A stretch of DNA of 64,000 nucleotides, taken from positions 928,001 through 992,000 of the forward strand of contig CAVXVB010000009.1 in the NCBI GenBank assembly GCA_963765205.1, written 5' to 3'. Below the pieces are notes generated by a model. It was not told where the DNA came from and did not search any database. It was given only the letters and a program-made list of their open reading frames with translations. The position numbers and the translations under genes were made by a program. Shown here one piece after another: positions 1-10,238 of this stretch (positions within the stretch are counted from its first letter, which is position 1; the number at the start of each line of letters is the position of its first letter). The DNA is from an uncultured Verrucomicrobiae bacterium. GTDB lineage: Bacteria > Verrucomicrobiota > Verrucomicrobiia > Opitutales > JABDGR01.

Positions 1-722
1 TTGTAGAGGCCGTAGCCGTTGGCCAAAAAACTTTTCGCGGGCGCGGTGCCGCGGTAGCCGTCCTCGGCGGTGTCATGCGAGGGAAACGGCCCCTGCCAGA
101 TGTTGCACATGTGCTTGCCGCCCGGCGTCAGTTCGTCGCCCCAGGCGAAACGTTTTTGCACAAGGCCGCCGCGCGCCGCGCATTCCCACTCGGCTTCGGT
201 CGGCAAACGCTTGCCCGCCCAGGCGCAGTAGGCGCGCGCGTCATTCCATGAAACATGCACGACCGGATGGTCCCAGCGTCGTTTGATATTTGAACCCGGC
301 CCCTCGGGATGCCGCCAGGTCGCGCGGTCCACCCGGCACCACCATTCCGCGCCCGCCACGCGTTGGGTCACCCGCGCTAATTGCGCAGGCGTCAGGAAAA
401 GATGGAACACAAACGACCAGCCGAAACGCTCAGCCTCGGTCTGGTAGCGCGTGGCGTTGACGAATTCATTGAACTGTTCATTCGTCACACAGGTGGCGTC
501 CAGATGGAACGGTTGCAACGTGACGGCGCGTACCGGAACTTCGCCATCGTGCGGCCAGCCATCGGCGTCCTGCGCACCCATCAGAAATTCCCCGCCCGGA
601 ATTAGCCGCATCCCGCTGTGTGCCCCGGAACGCACGCGCACGAAATCCGAATCCGCGACGATCGCCGCGGACGCGGACACCTCCGGCGCGCGGGCCGGAG
701 TGCAGCAGGAATTGCCATTCAT
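1..722 (-). CDS. Formylglycine-generating enzyme family protein (SUMF1/FGE-sulfatase), 3' end runs off the window
   Basis: Manual translation from ATG at 722: [11 protein letters not shown]...[10 protein letters not shown]...VTNEQF...WRHPEGP...[35 protein letters not shown]...CNIWQG...NGYGLY, the canonical FGE motifs. Absent from the ORF track because it is truncated. Confidence 0.93.
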   Translation of the reverse strand, partial: MNGNSCCTPARAPEVSASAAIVADSDFVRVRSGAHSGMRLIPGGEFLMGAQDADGWPHDGEVPVRAVTLQPFHLDATCVTNEQFNEFVNATRYQTEAERFGWSFVFHLFLTPAQLARVTQRVAGAEWWCRVDRATWRHPEGPGSNIKRRWDHPVVHVSWNDARAYCAWAGKRLPTEAEWECAARGGLVQKRFAWGDELTPGGKHMCNIWQGPFPSHDTAEDGYRGTAPAKSFLANGYGLY

Positions 723-733
723 GGGGTGGCCCC

Positions 734-762
734 ATCGTCTTGCGCAAACCCGCGCCCGTCAA
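734..762 (-). promoter_or_regulatory. Putative sigma70 promoter of the FGE gene
   Basis: Minus strand TTGACG-17 nt-GACGAT, 11 nt upstream of the ATG. Confidence 0.45.
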
Positions 763-781
763 TCATCCAGACAGAGGAGAA

Positions 782-865
782 ATGCTGATCGCTGAATGCA
801 GTAACCGATTTAAACATCAACCAGCAATCAACAATCAGGAACTCCTGCTCCCCGCTCCCTGCTCC
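782..865. repeat. Degenerate heptamer repeats, partly inverted
   Basis: atgctga-tcgctga-atgc ... cagcaat-caacaat-cag, then ctcctgc/tcccgc/tccctgc. Confidence 0.45.
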
Positions 866-3800
866 TCACGCCGCGCGCAGTTGCTGGAGTTCCTCGTTCA
901 CCCGGTCGAGCAATTGGACGAATTGTTCGCAGCGCTGGCGCCAAAGATCCACGCCCAAATCATCGTGATGATATTCAATTTCCTCGCCCAGCTTCACCAG
1001 AGCCGGCAACCCCAACAGGCCGAGCGACCCACGCAAGTAATGCGAGATGCGCTGGATGGTTGCCAGATCGTCCGTCCCCATGGCGCGGCGCAATTGCGGC
1101 AACTTGGTCGCCAGGGCTTGCAGGCAGAGGTTGACAACCTGTTGTTGGGTTTCAGGGTCGGAGCCAATGTGCTCGGCCATCTTGTTAAATTGCACCAGCG
1201 GGGACGTTTCTTCAACCACGGACACAAGCGCCTCGGCGGATGTGGCCGCGGCGGGAACTTGCGCGGAAACCAAGGCCGGCACGGGTAAGGGCGAACTCGC
1301 CGCCCCGCCGATGATTTCCACTACCGGTTGCTTCGGGGCTTCCGCCTTGGGCGCGGCCATGGTCGGACGGCCATACTTTTCAACCAGCGCGAGGAACCGC
1401 TCGCGATTCAGCGGCTTGGAAATATAGCCATCCATGCCGTAGGAAAGGCATTCCTCCTCCGTGCCCTTGAGCGCATGCGCGGTCATGGCAATGATGGGAA
1501 TGTGGCCGCCCTGGGTTTTTTCCACAGCCCGGATGTGGCGGGTCGCGGTGTGGCCGTCCATCACCGGCATCTGGATATCCATCAAAATAAGGTCATAGGA
1601 ATTTTTCTTCCATTCCGCGACCGCTTGCGCGCCGTCGTTGACGGTGACACTGTGGTGGCCGCGCTTGGTGAGCAAACCGCGCGCGACTTCGCGGTTGATC
1701 GGGTTGTCCTCCACCACGAGCACCCGCACGCCGTGCGCGATGGGGGCCACCGGTTCAGGAGCGGCGGCGGGTGGGGTGTTCATCCTTTGCTGGGCGAGTG
1801 CGCCACAAATGGCCTGCAGCAAAGCACGCTGGCCAACGGGCTTGGTCAGCACGGCTTGAATCCCCATTGTGTCACAGCGTTGGAGGTCGCTCGCCCGATA
1901 GGCAGAGGAAAGCATCATAATCGCCGGGCCATGAAACTCGGACTTTTGCTTGATGGCCCGGGCCACGTCAAAACCGTCCATTTCCGGCATCAGGGCGTCC
2001 AGCAAAATTAAGTCATAACCTTGACCCGCCAACACCGATGCCGCGACGGCGCTCAGCGCCTCTGCGCCGGACGTTGCGAGAGTGACCTGCGCACCCCAGT
2101 TTTGTAAAACAGTTTGCAGAATGATCCGGTTAGTTTCATTGTCGTCCACCACCAGGACGCGCCGGTTGCACAGCGATTCAGCCGCCCCCAGTTGGTCCCG
2201 CGGGATACCCGACTTGGCTTCGGGTAATAGAATGGAAAAATGGAAAATGCTGCCTTTGCCAACTTCGCTTTCCACCCAAAGTCGGCCGCCCATTTGCTGG
2301 ACGAGCCGCTGGGAAATGCTCAGGCCCAGCCCGGTCCCGCCATAAAGCCGCGAGGTTGAACCGTCGGCCTGCCGGAAGGCTTCGAAGATCACTTCCTGCT
2401 TGTCGGCGGGAATGCCGATGCCGGTGTCGCGGATGCGGAAATGCAACTGCCGCTTCCCTGCGCTCTCCCCCTCGTTGTCCACCGTCAGCACCACCTCGCC
2501 CTGCGGGGTAAATTTGAGCGCGTTGGAAACGAGGTTGGAAACAATTTGGCGACGCGGCCCGCATCGCCCACCAAGCCATCGGGCACGTCGGTGCGCGCGA
2601 GCACCCCCAACTCGAGGTTCTTTTCCGCCGCGCGCAAGGCGAAGCTCTTCATCGTGTCGTCCAGACAGTCGCGCAGCGAGAAGGGCGCTTCATCCAAGAA
2701 AAATTTGCCCGCTTCGAGCTTCGAGAAATCCAGGATGTCGTTGACGATGCCCAGGAGCGCGTGGGCGGAGTTTTGCACCATGCCAAGGTAGTCGCGTTGC
2801 TGGGCGGTGAGTTGGGTGTCGAGCGCGAGCTCGACCATGCCGATAACGCCGTTCATTGGCGTGCGGATTTCGTGGCTCATGTTGGCCAGGAACTCGCTCT
2901 TGACCGTGGCGGCGCGCTCGGCTTCGCGCCAGGCGGCTTCCGCGCTGGCTTTTTCGGCTTCGAGTTCGCGTGTGCGGGCTTCCAATTCTTTGCTGCGTTC
3001 CAGCAGGCGCGAACTCAGCACAGCGCTGTAGAGCAGGTTGCTCGCGGTGTTCGTCAGCCGCACGGCGTCGAGCGCGCGCCGCTGGTCAAAGTCTACGTCG
3101 AGCACGCCGACTTGCTTGCCCTGGAAGGCAACCCCCATCCGCATCAGGCTTTGACCGGGGGCCAGCAAATCGTCCACCCAAGCTTGCCCCGGGCGCTCAT
3201 GTACCAGCGCGGCGGGCGCTTCCTGCGCCTTGGCGCCGGATCGGGCCAACCAGACCCGGCGTGGCCCTTCGCGCGCCTCCAGGCGAAAGAGTTTGATGTC
3301 CAGCTTGCGCCGAATCTGATCCAGCACTCCGGCGGCGCCATTTATTTCTGACACACTGGTGATGGCGGATTGGAAGGAAGAGAAAACGTGCTGGGTGGTG
3401 TTCGCCACCGAATCACGATAATCCCGATAATTGTCAATGTAACCTTCGGCGCGCAATTCGGACAGACAATGCGCGACAAAATCCTCCCGCTGCTGGACAC
3501 TGGCCAGGCGGTCTGGACCGACGTGGAAGTAAGTTTCGAGTTTGGCCAAGGCGAAATGGAAGTAAATGTCGTTTTTGCCCAGGTAGATCAATTCACGCAC
3601 GCCCTGCCGGAGAGTGGCCACCGGGTCGGCGCTGGCCGCCGCAGTCGCGGTGACCATGCGCAAAATTTCGCTTGTGCGCCGCCGCACGAACGGCCCGGCG
3701 CTATCCATATACACCGCGACAGCGGGCTGGATTATGGCGGGAGGAATGCGCTCACCGGTGGCCAGCGTCTCGTCCACCACGTTGGCCAGTGCCCGGCATG

Positions 3801-4626
3801 ATTGACGGTAAACATGATGTGGAGTGATGACCCGGTGCGTCCCGCGCGCAAAGGGCCGCCCCTTCGCCTCCCACAACATTTGCACCGCCTGGTAGCCGTA
3901 TTCATAGCCTGGCTGCACCACGGTGGTGAGCGGCGGATCCAGCAACGCGGGGTCGCAATGCTCCCAAAACGAAAAATTGTCGAAGCCCGTGACCGACACA
4001 TCGTGCGGCACCTCGAGGCCATGCCGCTGCAGGGCGACGATCGCGCCATGGGCCAGCAGGTCATTCGCGCACACCACCGCGGTGCCGCGCCCGCCGCGGG
4101 CCAGAAATTGCTCCATCGCCCCGTCGCCATCCGTAGTCAGCCAGTTGCCGGCGGAGAGAAAATTTTCCCGCGGGCATGCGATGCCCATCCGCGCCAGCGC
4201 CCGTACGAAGCCCTGGCGGCGCAGTTCGTTTTCGGGATTGGCGGCGGGGCCGCCCAGAAAAATAAAATCCCGATGGCCGAGGCGCGCGAGATAATCCACC
4301 ATGCCTTCGATGGCGCCGGAATTGTCCACTGTGATTTGGGCATAGGCCGCGTTCAGATCATAGGCCGATACGACGATCGGCACACCGCGTTCATGCCATT
4401 TCGCCAGTTGCTCCAAGTCGTGGCGGTCTTCGGGCCGGTCCGCCAGCACGCCATCGAGCTTTAATCCATCCACGAGGCCAAAATGCCGGAATACAATGAT
4501 CCGAGACCCCAACTCTCGTGCCGCCAGACTCGCACCCAAGGCCACGGCCGTTGAATTGCCTTGTTGAAATGGGGAAAAAATACCGAAGAGCGGAGATTGC
4601 ATGGCAGTTAGCTTTACGCCCAGCAT
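866..4626 (-). CDS. Hybrid histidine kinase: LacI-type ligand-binding domain, HisKA, HATPase, two REC domains, Hpt; one apparent single-base deletion near 2551
   Basis: ORF 2485..4626 has a LacI effector domain ([27 protein letters not shown]) and an H-box ([15 protein letters not shown]). ORF 866..2494 has G1/G2 boxes ([15 protein letters not shown]), two REC domains and an Hpt (SHYLRGSLG). Restoring one base at ~2551 gives [26 protein letters not shown]. Confidence 0.9.
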
Positions 4627-4919
4627 AGAGTAATTCCTTCCTTCTGCCCATCAGGTAAACCCTGTAGTATCCATTCTTTTTATCGGCAAATATTCATCTG
4701 CTGGCATTCTATTTCAAACATGGTTTTATTAACGTTACTTTCCACCACCATCTACCTTATAAGACTATCCATACAAGCAGCTTGTGTATTTTTTTTGTTT
4801 TTCAAATCGGGATTCATTTGCCGCAGCTTAACTAAGGCATATTCCTCAGCTAAGTGATAGGGAGTCAAAATCCGCTGACTTGATTGCAATTTTCCCGGTA
4901 AATCCGCATTCACTTCATT

Positions 4920-5591
4920 CTATGAGACCTGCGAACCGGGAAATGGCCGCGCCAAACGCTCGCTGAGCGCAACGGCGATTAGGGCTATAACGAGCGAGGC
5001 AGCCATCAAGTCCAATGCGGCGGCGTTATCCCCGAGCACCACATCGGTGTAAATGGCGAGCGGGATCGTGGTAGTGCACCCCGGGATGTTGCCCGCGAAG
5101 ACGATGGTCGCGCCGAATTCGCCCAGCGCGCGGGCGAAGCCCAGCATGACCCCGGCGAGCACCCCGCGCCGCGCCAACGGCAGCGTGATTTGCCAGAATA
5201 CTTTCCACGGGCCGGCACCGAACGTCCGCGCCGCGTCCTCCAATTGCGCGTCCACCGATTCAAAGCCCACGCGCGCCGTGCGCACCACCAGCGGAAAAGA
5301 CATCACCGCCATGGCCACCACCACCGCCTTCCAAGTGAACACAATCTCCACTCCCAGCCAATTTTCCAACGCCACGCCGAGCCAACTGTTGCGGCCCAAC
5401 AGCAACAGCAGGGCAAAACCCGTCGCCACTGGCGGAAGCACCAGCGGCGCCGTCACCAAAGTTTCCACCAGCGCCTTGCCCCGCCAGTGTTTGCGCGCGA
5501 GCAGCCACGCCAGCGCCAGCGCACCGGGCAGCGAGACCGCCACGGCCAGCACCGCCAGCGCCACCGTGAACAGTATTACATCCCAATTCAT
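4920..5591 (-). CDS. modB: Molybdate ABC transporter permease
   Basis: PLVLPPVATG, EDAARTFGA, FARALGEFGAT motifs; overlaps the modA stop. Confidence 0.95.
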   Translation of the reverse strand: MNWDVILFTVALAVLAVAVSLPGALALAWLLARKHWRGKALVETLVTAPLVLPPVATGFALLLLLGRNSWLGVALENWLGVEIVFTWKAVVVAMAVMSFPLVVRTARVGFESVDAQLEDAARTFGAGPWKVFWQITLPLARRGVLAGVMLGFARALGEFGATIVFAGNIPGCTTTIPLAIYTDVVLGDNAAALDLMAASLVIALIAVALSERLARPFPGSQVS

Positions 5592-6394
5592 TGGACAGAG
5601 GCGGAGGTCGGAGCGGGTGCCGGTCGGATCGTGGCGGGTTTGTCCGGCAACGTAAAGCCATAACGCACAAAGACGGCGCGCGCCGCGTCACTGAGCAGAA
5701 AGTCGCGCACTTTCGCCGCGGCCGCGGCGTGGCGCGTGGCCTTCACAATGGCGATGGGATAATTGATCGCCGGGGCGTCTGGCCCGGAGGCCGCAAATAC
5801 TTCGCGCACCTTCTTCTCTGCTGCCGCGTCTGTGCGGTAAACCACGCCGAGATCCACATTATTCGAGACCACCGCCGCCAGGACAGTGCGCACATTGTCG
5901 AGCGGCACCAGCTTGCTTTGCACCGCCCCGAGGACTTTGGCTTTGTCGAGATATTCCGTCGCGTAATGGCCGGCTGGCACCGTTTCGGGATCGCCGATGC
6001 CGATGTGTTTGATGATGTCCTGCGTCAGGGCGTTTACATCGGCAATTTTCAATTTGCTGTCGGCCGGCACGACGAACACCAGCGCGTTGCCCAGCAGTTT
6101 GGCGCGGGTGCCCGGCTGGAGCAGGCCCGCCTTGTCCAGCCCGTCCATCGTGTCATCGTCAGCGGAAATAAAAAGGTCGCTGGGCGCGCCGTTTTTGATT
6201 TGCAGGGCCAGCACGCCGGAGGCGGCGAGATTCGGCGTGAGCGTCACGTCCGTTTGCTTGAGGCACAGCGGCGCGAGTTCCGCCAGCACGTCCTTCAGGC
6301 TGGCCGCCGCCGCCACGAGCACTTCGTCCCCGCGCGCAGGCTGGCCCAGCATCCCCAAATAACAAATCAAGCCGAGACAGATTTTGGCGTTCAT
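5588..6394 (-). CDS. modA: Molybdate ABC transporter substrate-binding protein
   Basis: Signal peptide; AAAASL, ASGVLALQIKNGAPSDLFISA, VPAGHYA, VYRTDA. Confidence 0.95.
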   Translation of the reverse strand: MNAKICLGLICYLGMLGQPARGDEVLVAAAASLKDVLAELAPLCLKQTDVTLTPNLAASGVLALQIKNGAPSDLFISADDDTMDGLDKAGLLQPGTRAKLLGNALVFVVPADSKLKIADVNALTQDIIKHIGIGDPETVPAGHYATEYLDKAKVLGAVQSKLVPLDNVRTVLAAVVSNNVDLGVVYRTDAAAEKKVREVFAASGPDAPAINYPIAIVKATRHAAAAAKVRDFLLSDAARAVFVRYGFTLPDKPATIRPAPAPTSASVQ

Positions 6395-6417
6395 GGGGGC
6401 AGCAAAATAAAAAACGG

Positions 6418-6441
6418 CGATATATACAAGTAAATATAACG
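6418..6441. promoter_or_regulatory. ModE-box operator upstream of modA
   Basis: CGATATATA-CAAGTA-AATATAACG matches the ModE palindrome CGTTATATA-N6-TATATAACG at 16/18 positions; lies between the modE-like gene and modA. Confidence 0.8.
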
Positions 6442-6445
6442 GTTT

Positions 6446-6805
6446 TCAGAAGCGGAGCAGGCGGACCAGCCTTTGCCGGTCCAGACGGGTGGCCTTCATA
6501 CTTTGGGCTTCGATGGCCCGATAAAGGTGGAGGACCCGCGCCCCGGTGGCGGTCAATTTTGCTCCGCCGCGCCGGCGTCCGCCCCGCACCGTCTCCACCA
6601 GCGGCTGGACGAAACCGCCGTTCATCTTTTTCACCAGCAGCCAGGCCCGCATATAGGACATGCCCATCCCTTTGGCCGCATCCGCAATCGAACCGGCTTG
6701 CTGGATGTGATCGAGCAACGCCGCCTGGCCGGGGCCAAAGGCAAAGCGCGGGCCGACGGAAAGGCGGAAGCGGGCTTCCAGCACCGGACGGGCTTGCTTT
6801 TTCAT
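6446..6805 (-). CDS. modE: ModE-family winged-HTH regulator (DNA-binding domain only)
   Basis: FGPGQAALL..I...GSIADAAKGMGMSYMRAW, RGG...GGAKLT; no TOBE domains. Confidence 0.88.
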   Translation of the reverse strand: MKKQARPVLEARFRLSVGPRFAFGPGQAALLDHIQQAGSIADAAKGMGMSYMRAWLLVKKMNGGFVQPLVETVRGGRRRGGAKLTATGARVLHLYRAIEAQSMKATRLDRQRLVRLLRF

Positions 6806-6818
6806 CGGGAGGCCTCTC

Positions 6819-7379
6819 CTACTCGCGCAAGTGCTTCAGGCACTCGCAAATGGCGGGCGCAAGAATGGTCAGGCACTCGCGCACGGCCTTCGGGCTGCCG
6901 GGCAGGTTGATGACCAGCGATCGACCGCGCACCCCCGCCATCGCCCGCGACAATATGCTCGTCGGCGCAATGTCGAATGAGCGCATCCGCATGATTTCGC
7001 CAAAGCCGGGCAGTTCTTTTTCCAAAACCTCCCGCGTGGCCTCCGGCGTGACATCGCGCGCCGCCGGGCCGGTGCCCCCGGTGGTGACGACGAGCGTGCA
7101 AGTTTCGTCGTCGCACAGGCCCCGCAACGCCGCGGCAATTTGCGGTCGTTCGTCGGGCACCAGTGCGCGCGCGAATTGCGCCGCGCCGCCAAAGAGCGCG
7201 GCCAGCGCTTCCTCGATGGCCGGGCCGCTCAAGTCCTCATACACGCCCGCGCTGGCGCGGTCGCTGATGGTGAGGCGGCCGATTTTGACGGATGGCGTTG
7301 GTGTAGGGGCGCAGACTTGCTGCGCCCGTGGTTTTGCTTTCCTGGGAGTTGGAGAATTCAACTTTGCGGAACGGGCCAT
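6819..7379 (-). CDS. mogA: Molybdopterin adenylyltransferase
   Basis: TISDRASAGVYEDLSGP, TTGGTGPAARDVTPEAT, NLPGSPKAV. Start placed at ATG 7379, right after the moaC stop. Confidence 0.93.
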   Translation of the reverse strand: MARSAKLNSPTPRKAKPRAQQVCAPTPTPSVKIGRLTISDRASAGVYEDLSGPAIEEALAALFGGAAQFARALVPDERPQIAAALRGLCDDETCTLVVTTGGTGPAARDVTPEATREVLEKELPGFGEIMRMRSFDIAPTSILSRAMAGVRGRSLVINLPGSPKAVRECLTILAPAICECLKHLRE

Positions 7380-7380
7380 T

Positions 7381-7833
7381 TTATTTTTTGGTTTTACTGA
7401 GCAACCGCACCTTTTCAATAACCATGCCCTTGTCCACACTCTTCAACATGTCGTAAAGCGCGAGCGCGGCAACGCTCGCGGCGGTCAGCGCCTCCATCTC
7501 GACCCCCGTGCGCGCGCCGGTGCTCGCCTCGGCGCGGATGACGATGTGGTCGTCACCCACTTCAAAATCAATCCGGGCATGATGCAGCGGCAGCGGGTGG
7601 CAGAGCGGAATCAACTCTGCCGTACGCTTGGCGGCCTGGATGCCCGCCACGCGGGCCACCGCGATCGCATCGCCCTTGGGCAGGGCGTGCTCGCGCAGAT
7701 GGGCAATCGTCGCCGGCGCGCAGCGCAGCACGGCCTCCGCCACAGCGCGGCGCGACTGCACGGGCTTGGGCGCAACGTCCACCATGCGCGCGGCGCCGGT
7801 GGAGTCGAGATGGGTGAAGCGGGATTTGCTCAT
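7381..7833 (-). CDS. moaC: Cyclic pyranopterin monophosphate synthase
   Basis: [41 protein letters not shown]. Confidence 0.96.
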   Translation of the reverse strand: MSKSRFTHLDSTGAARMVDVAPKPVQSRRAVAEAVLRCAPATIAHLREHALPKGDAIAVARVAGIQAAKRTAELIPLCHPLPLHHARIDFEVGDDHIVIRAEASTGARTGVEMEALTAASVAALALYDMLKSVDKGMVIEKVRLLSKTKK

Positions 7834-7839
7834 GGGTCG

Positions 7840-9081
7840 TTATCCGCCAAAGACGATAAAGGTGTCAACCAGGCTGCCCGCCGGCAATTCCATTGTGTCG
7901 GGAGGAACCAGAATCAGCGCATTCACGCCGACCAGCGCGGCCAGATGGCCGGAGTTGTTCCACGCCCGCGGGCGGACTAAGTTAACTCCCTTTGTTTTGT
8001 CGTAGGTCAGCGTGGCGGGCCAGTAGGTGGGCCGGCGGTTCGCGCAGTTTAAGAGTGGCTCAACGAGGGCCAATGGTTTGAGCCGGTGCAATTCATCCAG
8101 ACCCCGCAGGCGGGCCAAAGCGTGGTGGACGAACAAATGATAGCACACAAAATGCGAGACCGGGTTGCCCGGCAGGCCAAAGGCGATTTGCCGCCCGCGA
8201 AAACCCACCAGCAGCGGCCGACCAGGCCGGCTGTTGATTTTGCGGACGGGCAGTTCGTAACCCGCGCCTTCGAGAATCCGCGCCGCGTAGTCGTGCTCGC
8301 CGACGCTCGCACCGCCGGAAATGAGCACGACATCAGTGGAGGCGAAAGGCTCCGCGGCCAGCCGCGCCGCGGCGCGCGCTGGGTCGTCGCCCCAATGCTC
8401 CTGATGAATGTTGGCCGCCGGGACGAGGCCCTGCACCGTGCCTTGCAACAAGGCCGCAATCAAAACCTGGTTGCTGTTTCGAATTTGGCCGGGGCCGGGC
8501 ACCGACTCCGGCGGGACGATTTCGTCGCCCGTCGTCGCGTGCGCCACGCGCGGCATGGCATTGACCAGCGGGGGCACCTCGCCAATCGAAGCCAGCAACG
8601 CGAGTTCCACCGCGCCCATATAGGCGCCCTGCGCCAGCAAAACCTCGCCTGCGCGCGCGTCACTGCCGCGCACCCGCACGTTCTCGCCCGGTTCAACCCG
8701 GCGGTTCACATGAATGAATTCGCCTTCGACGCGCGCTTCCTCCTGCATCAAGACCGCGAGGCCGGGCGCCGGCAACGCTGCACCCGTAAAAATGCGCAAA
8801 GCTTCGCCTGTACCCGGCGTGCGCGCCGCGACTTCGCCCGCCTTCACGACGCCGATGACACGATATTTCGCGGGAGCGTCCGACGGAATAAACGCGTAAC
8901 CGTCCATCGCCGAGCGGTCGAACGGCGGTTGGTCGGCATCGGCCTTGACCTCCGTGGCCAGCAAATACCTGTGCGCCTGGAGCAACGGCAAGCGCTCGGG
9001 AGCGAGCGGCTGCACGCGCTCATCAAGCAGTCGCCACACATCCGCGACCGAGGCATCGGAAACTGGAGTTTTTTCCGCCAT
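7840..9081 (-). CDS. moeA: Molybdopterin molybdotransferase
   Basis: PPFDRSAMDGYA, RIFTGA, TGDEI, ISGGASVGEHDY, GLPGNPVS. Confidence 0.95.
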   Translation of the reverse strand: MAEKTPVSDASVADVWRLLDERVQPLAPERLPLLQAHRYLLATEVKADADQPPFDRSAMDGYAFIPSDAPAKYRVIGVVKAGEVAARTPGTGEALRIFTGAALPAPGLAVLMQEEARVEGEFIHVNRRVEPGENVRVRGSDARAGEVLLAQGAYMGAVELALLASIGEVPPLVNAMPRVAHATTGDEIVPPESVPGPGQIRNSNQVLIAALLQGTVQGLVPAANIHQEHWGDDPARAAARLAAEPFASTDVVLISGGASVGEHDYAARILEGAGYELPVRKINSRPGRPLLVGFRGRQIAFGLPGNPVSHFVCYHLFVHHALARLRGLDELHRLKPLALVEPLLNCANRRPTYWPATLTYDKTKGVNLVRPRAWNNSGHLAALVGVNALILVPPDTMELPAGSLVDTFIVFGG

Positions 9082-9094
9082 GGCAGGTCCGGCC

Positions 9095-9487
9095 TCAGGC
9101 CGGCACGACCTCGACTTTCCAGATGGGCACGTCGGTTTTCAAAAGATCCATGAGTTCGGCCAGCGCGGCGAAAGCCTCGCGGCGGTGCGGCGCGGCGACC
9201 GCGGCATAAACCGCGGCCTCGCCAACCGGCACCAGCCCCGAGCGATGCCAGAAGCGCGCGGCGACGAGACCGTGCTTCTTCGCCAGCGCATCCAGATGCG
9301 CAGCAAGCACGCGGCGCGCCATCGCCTCATAAATGTCATAGCGCAGCGCGCCGATTTTCTTGCCGGCTTCCATCGCACGCACGCAACCGTGGAATTCCGC
9401 CCACGCGCCCGCCACCCCGCGCACGCATTCCGGTGGCGGTGGCGGTCCGGCCCAGGCGGCGTCCAAGAATAAAATTTCCATCCACAT
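9095..9487 (-). CDS. moaE: Molybdopterin synthase catalytic subunit
   Basis: HRSGLVPVGEA, APHRREAF, LKTDVPIWK. Confidence 0.93.
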   Translation of the reverse strand: MWMEILFLDAAWAGPPPPPECVRGVAGAWAEFHGCVRAMEAGKKIGALRYDIYEAMARRVLAAHLDALAKKHGLVAARFWHRSGLVPVGEAAVYAAVAAPHRREAFAALAELMDLLKTDVPIWKVEVVPA

Positions 9488-9498
9488 GATATTTTATG

Positions 9499-9738
9499 TC
9501 ATCCGCCGGAAACCGGCGGGATCAGCGCCACTTCGTCGGCGTTGGCGAACTCCCCGGCGGGGCCGGCGTAGGTGCCGTTGCGCGCGAGGTGGATGCTGGC
9601 GCGGTAGGGCGCGAGGCCTGGGCGCAGGGCAAGCAGACGCTCCCACAAGGCGTCGGCGGTGAGCGGCGCGGACACTTCCAGCACATCCTCGCGGCGGTCC
9701 AGTGCCTTCGCCACATGCGCGAAATATAGAATCTTCAT
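9499..9738 (-). CDS. moaD: Molybdopterin synthase sulfur carrier subunit
   Basis: MKILYFA...DEVALIPPVSGG with the C-terminal di-Gly. Confidence 0.93.
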   Translation of the reverse strand: MKILYFAHVAKALDRREDVLEVSAPLTADALWERLLALRPGLAPYRASIHLARNGTYAGPAGEFANADEVALIPPVSGG

Positions 9739-10005
9739 GACGTGAAAAAGGTCTTTCGTAGGGCGGGGGCTATTCCCGCTTTTTGCCATTTGAGCTTAGT
9801 GATTGATGTAAAGTCACTTGTGAAAAGTGGAGGATGTTGCGCTTACCGATGGGGCAAGCGAGAGGCAACGAACCAAAGAGGACTCTTAAGCCCATTGCCA
9901 CCCATATAATACCCTCGTCGCAACCAGAATCGAGCCGAATAATGCCGTAAGTCCAACCGCAGACCGGGGCGGATATAGAGGGCAAATTATTTACGTCCTC
10001 CGCCT

Positions 10006-10062
10006 CCCAGGGTTTCGCTACGCTCAGCCCTGGGCTAGATTCCTTCGCCCCGTTGGGGCGAA
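10006..10062. repeat. REP-like double-hairpin element
   Basis: cccaggg-tttcgctacgctcag-ccctggg (10006-10034) followed by ttcgcccc-gtt-ggggcgaa (10044-10062). Confidence 0.55.
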
Positions 10063-10238
10063 AGCCAAGCTGCCCAAATTCAAACTGACCCAATGCCCGT
10101 TATCTTTAAGGGTTTACTTTTGCCGATTTTTTGGGCATAATGTAAGTTCAGATGCCGCTGCGTTTGTCTCCTTTGAGATGTTCCCATTTGCCCAACGATT
10201 TTCCACCATTTTTCAATCTTCCGCTGAATCCTCGCGCC

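Noticed and set aside
2485..2560. Programmed frameshift or two separate genes in the hybrid kinase
   Set aside because: The break lies at the start of the HATPase N-box, there is no slippery motif, and one base restores the consensus.
9739..10000. Moco riboswitch upstream of moaD
   Set aside because: The position fits, but I could not find the conserved Moco RNA elements; an Infernal search would settle it.
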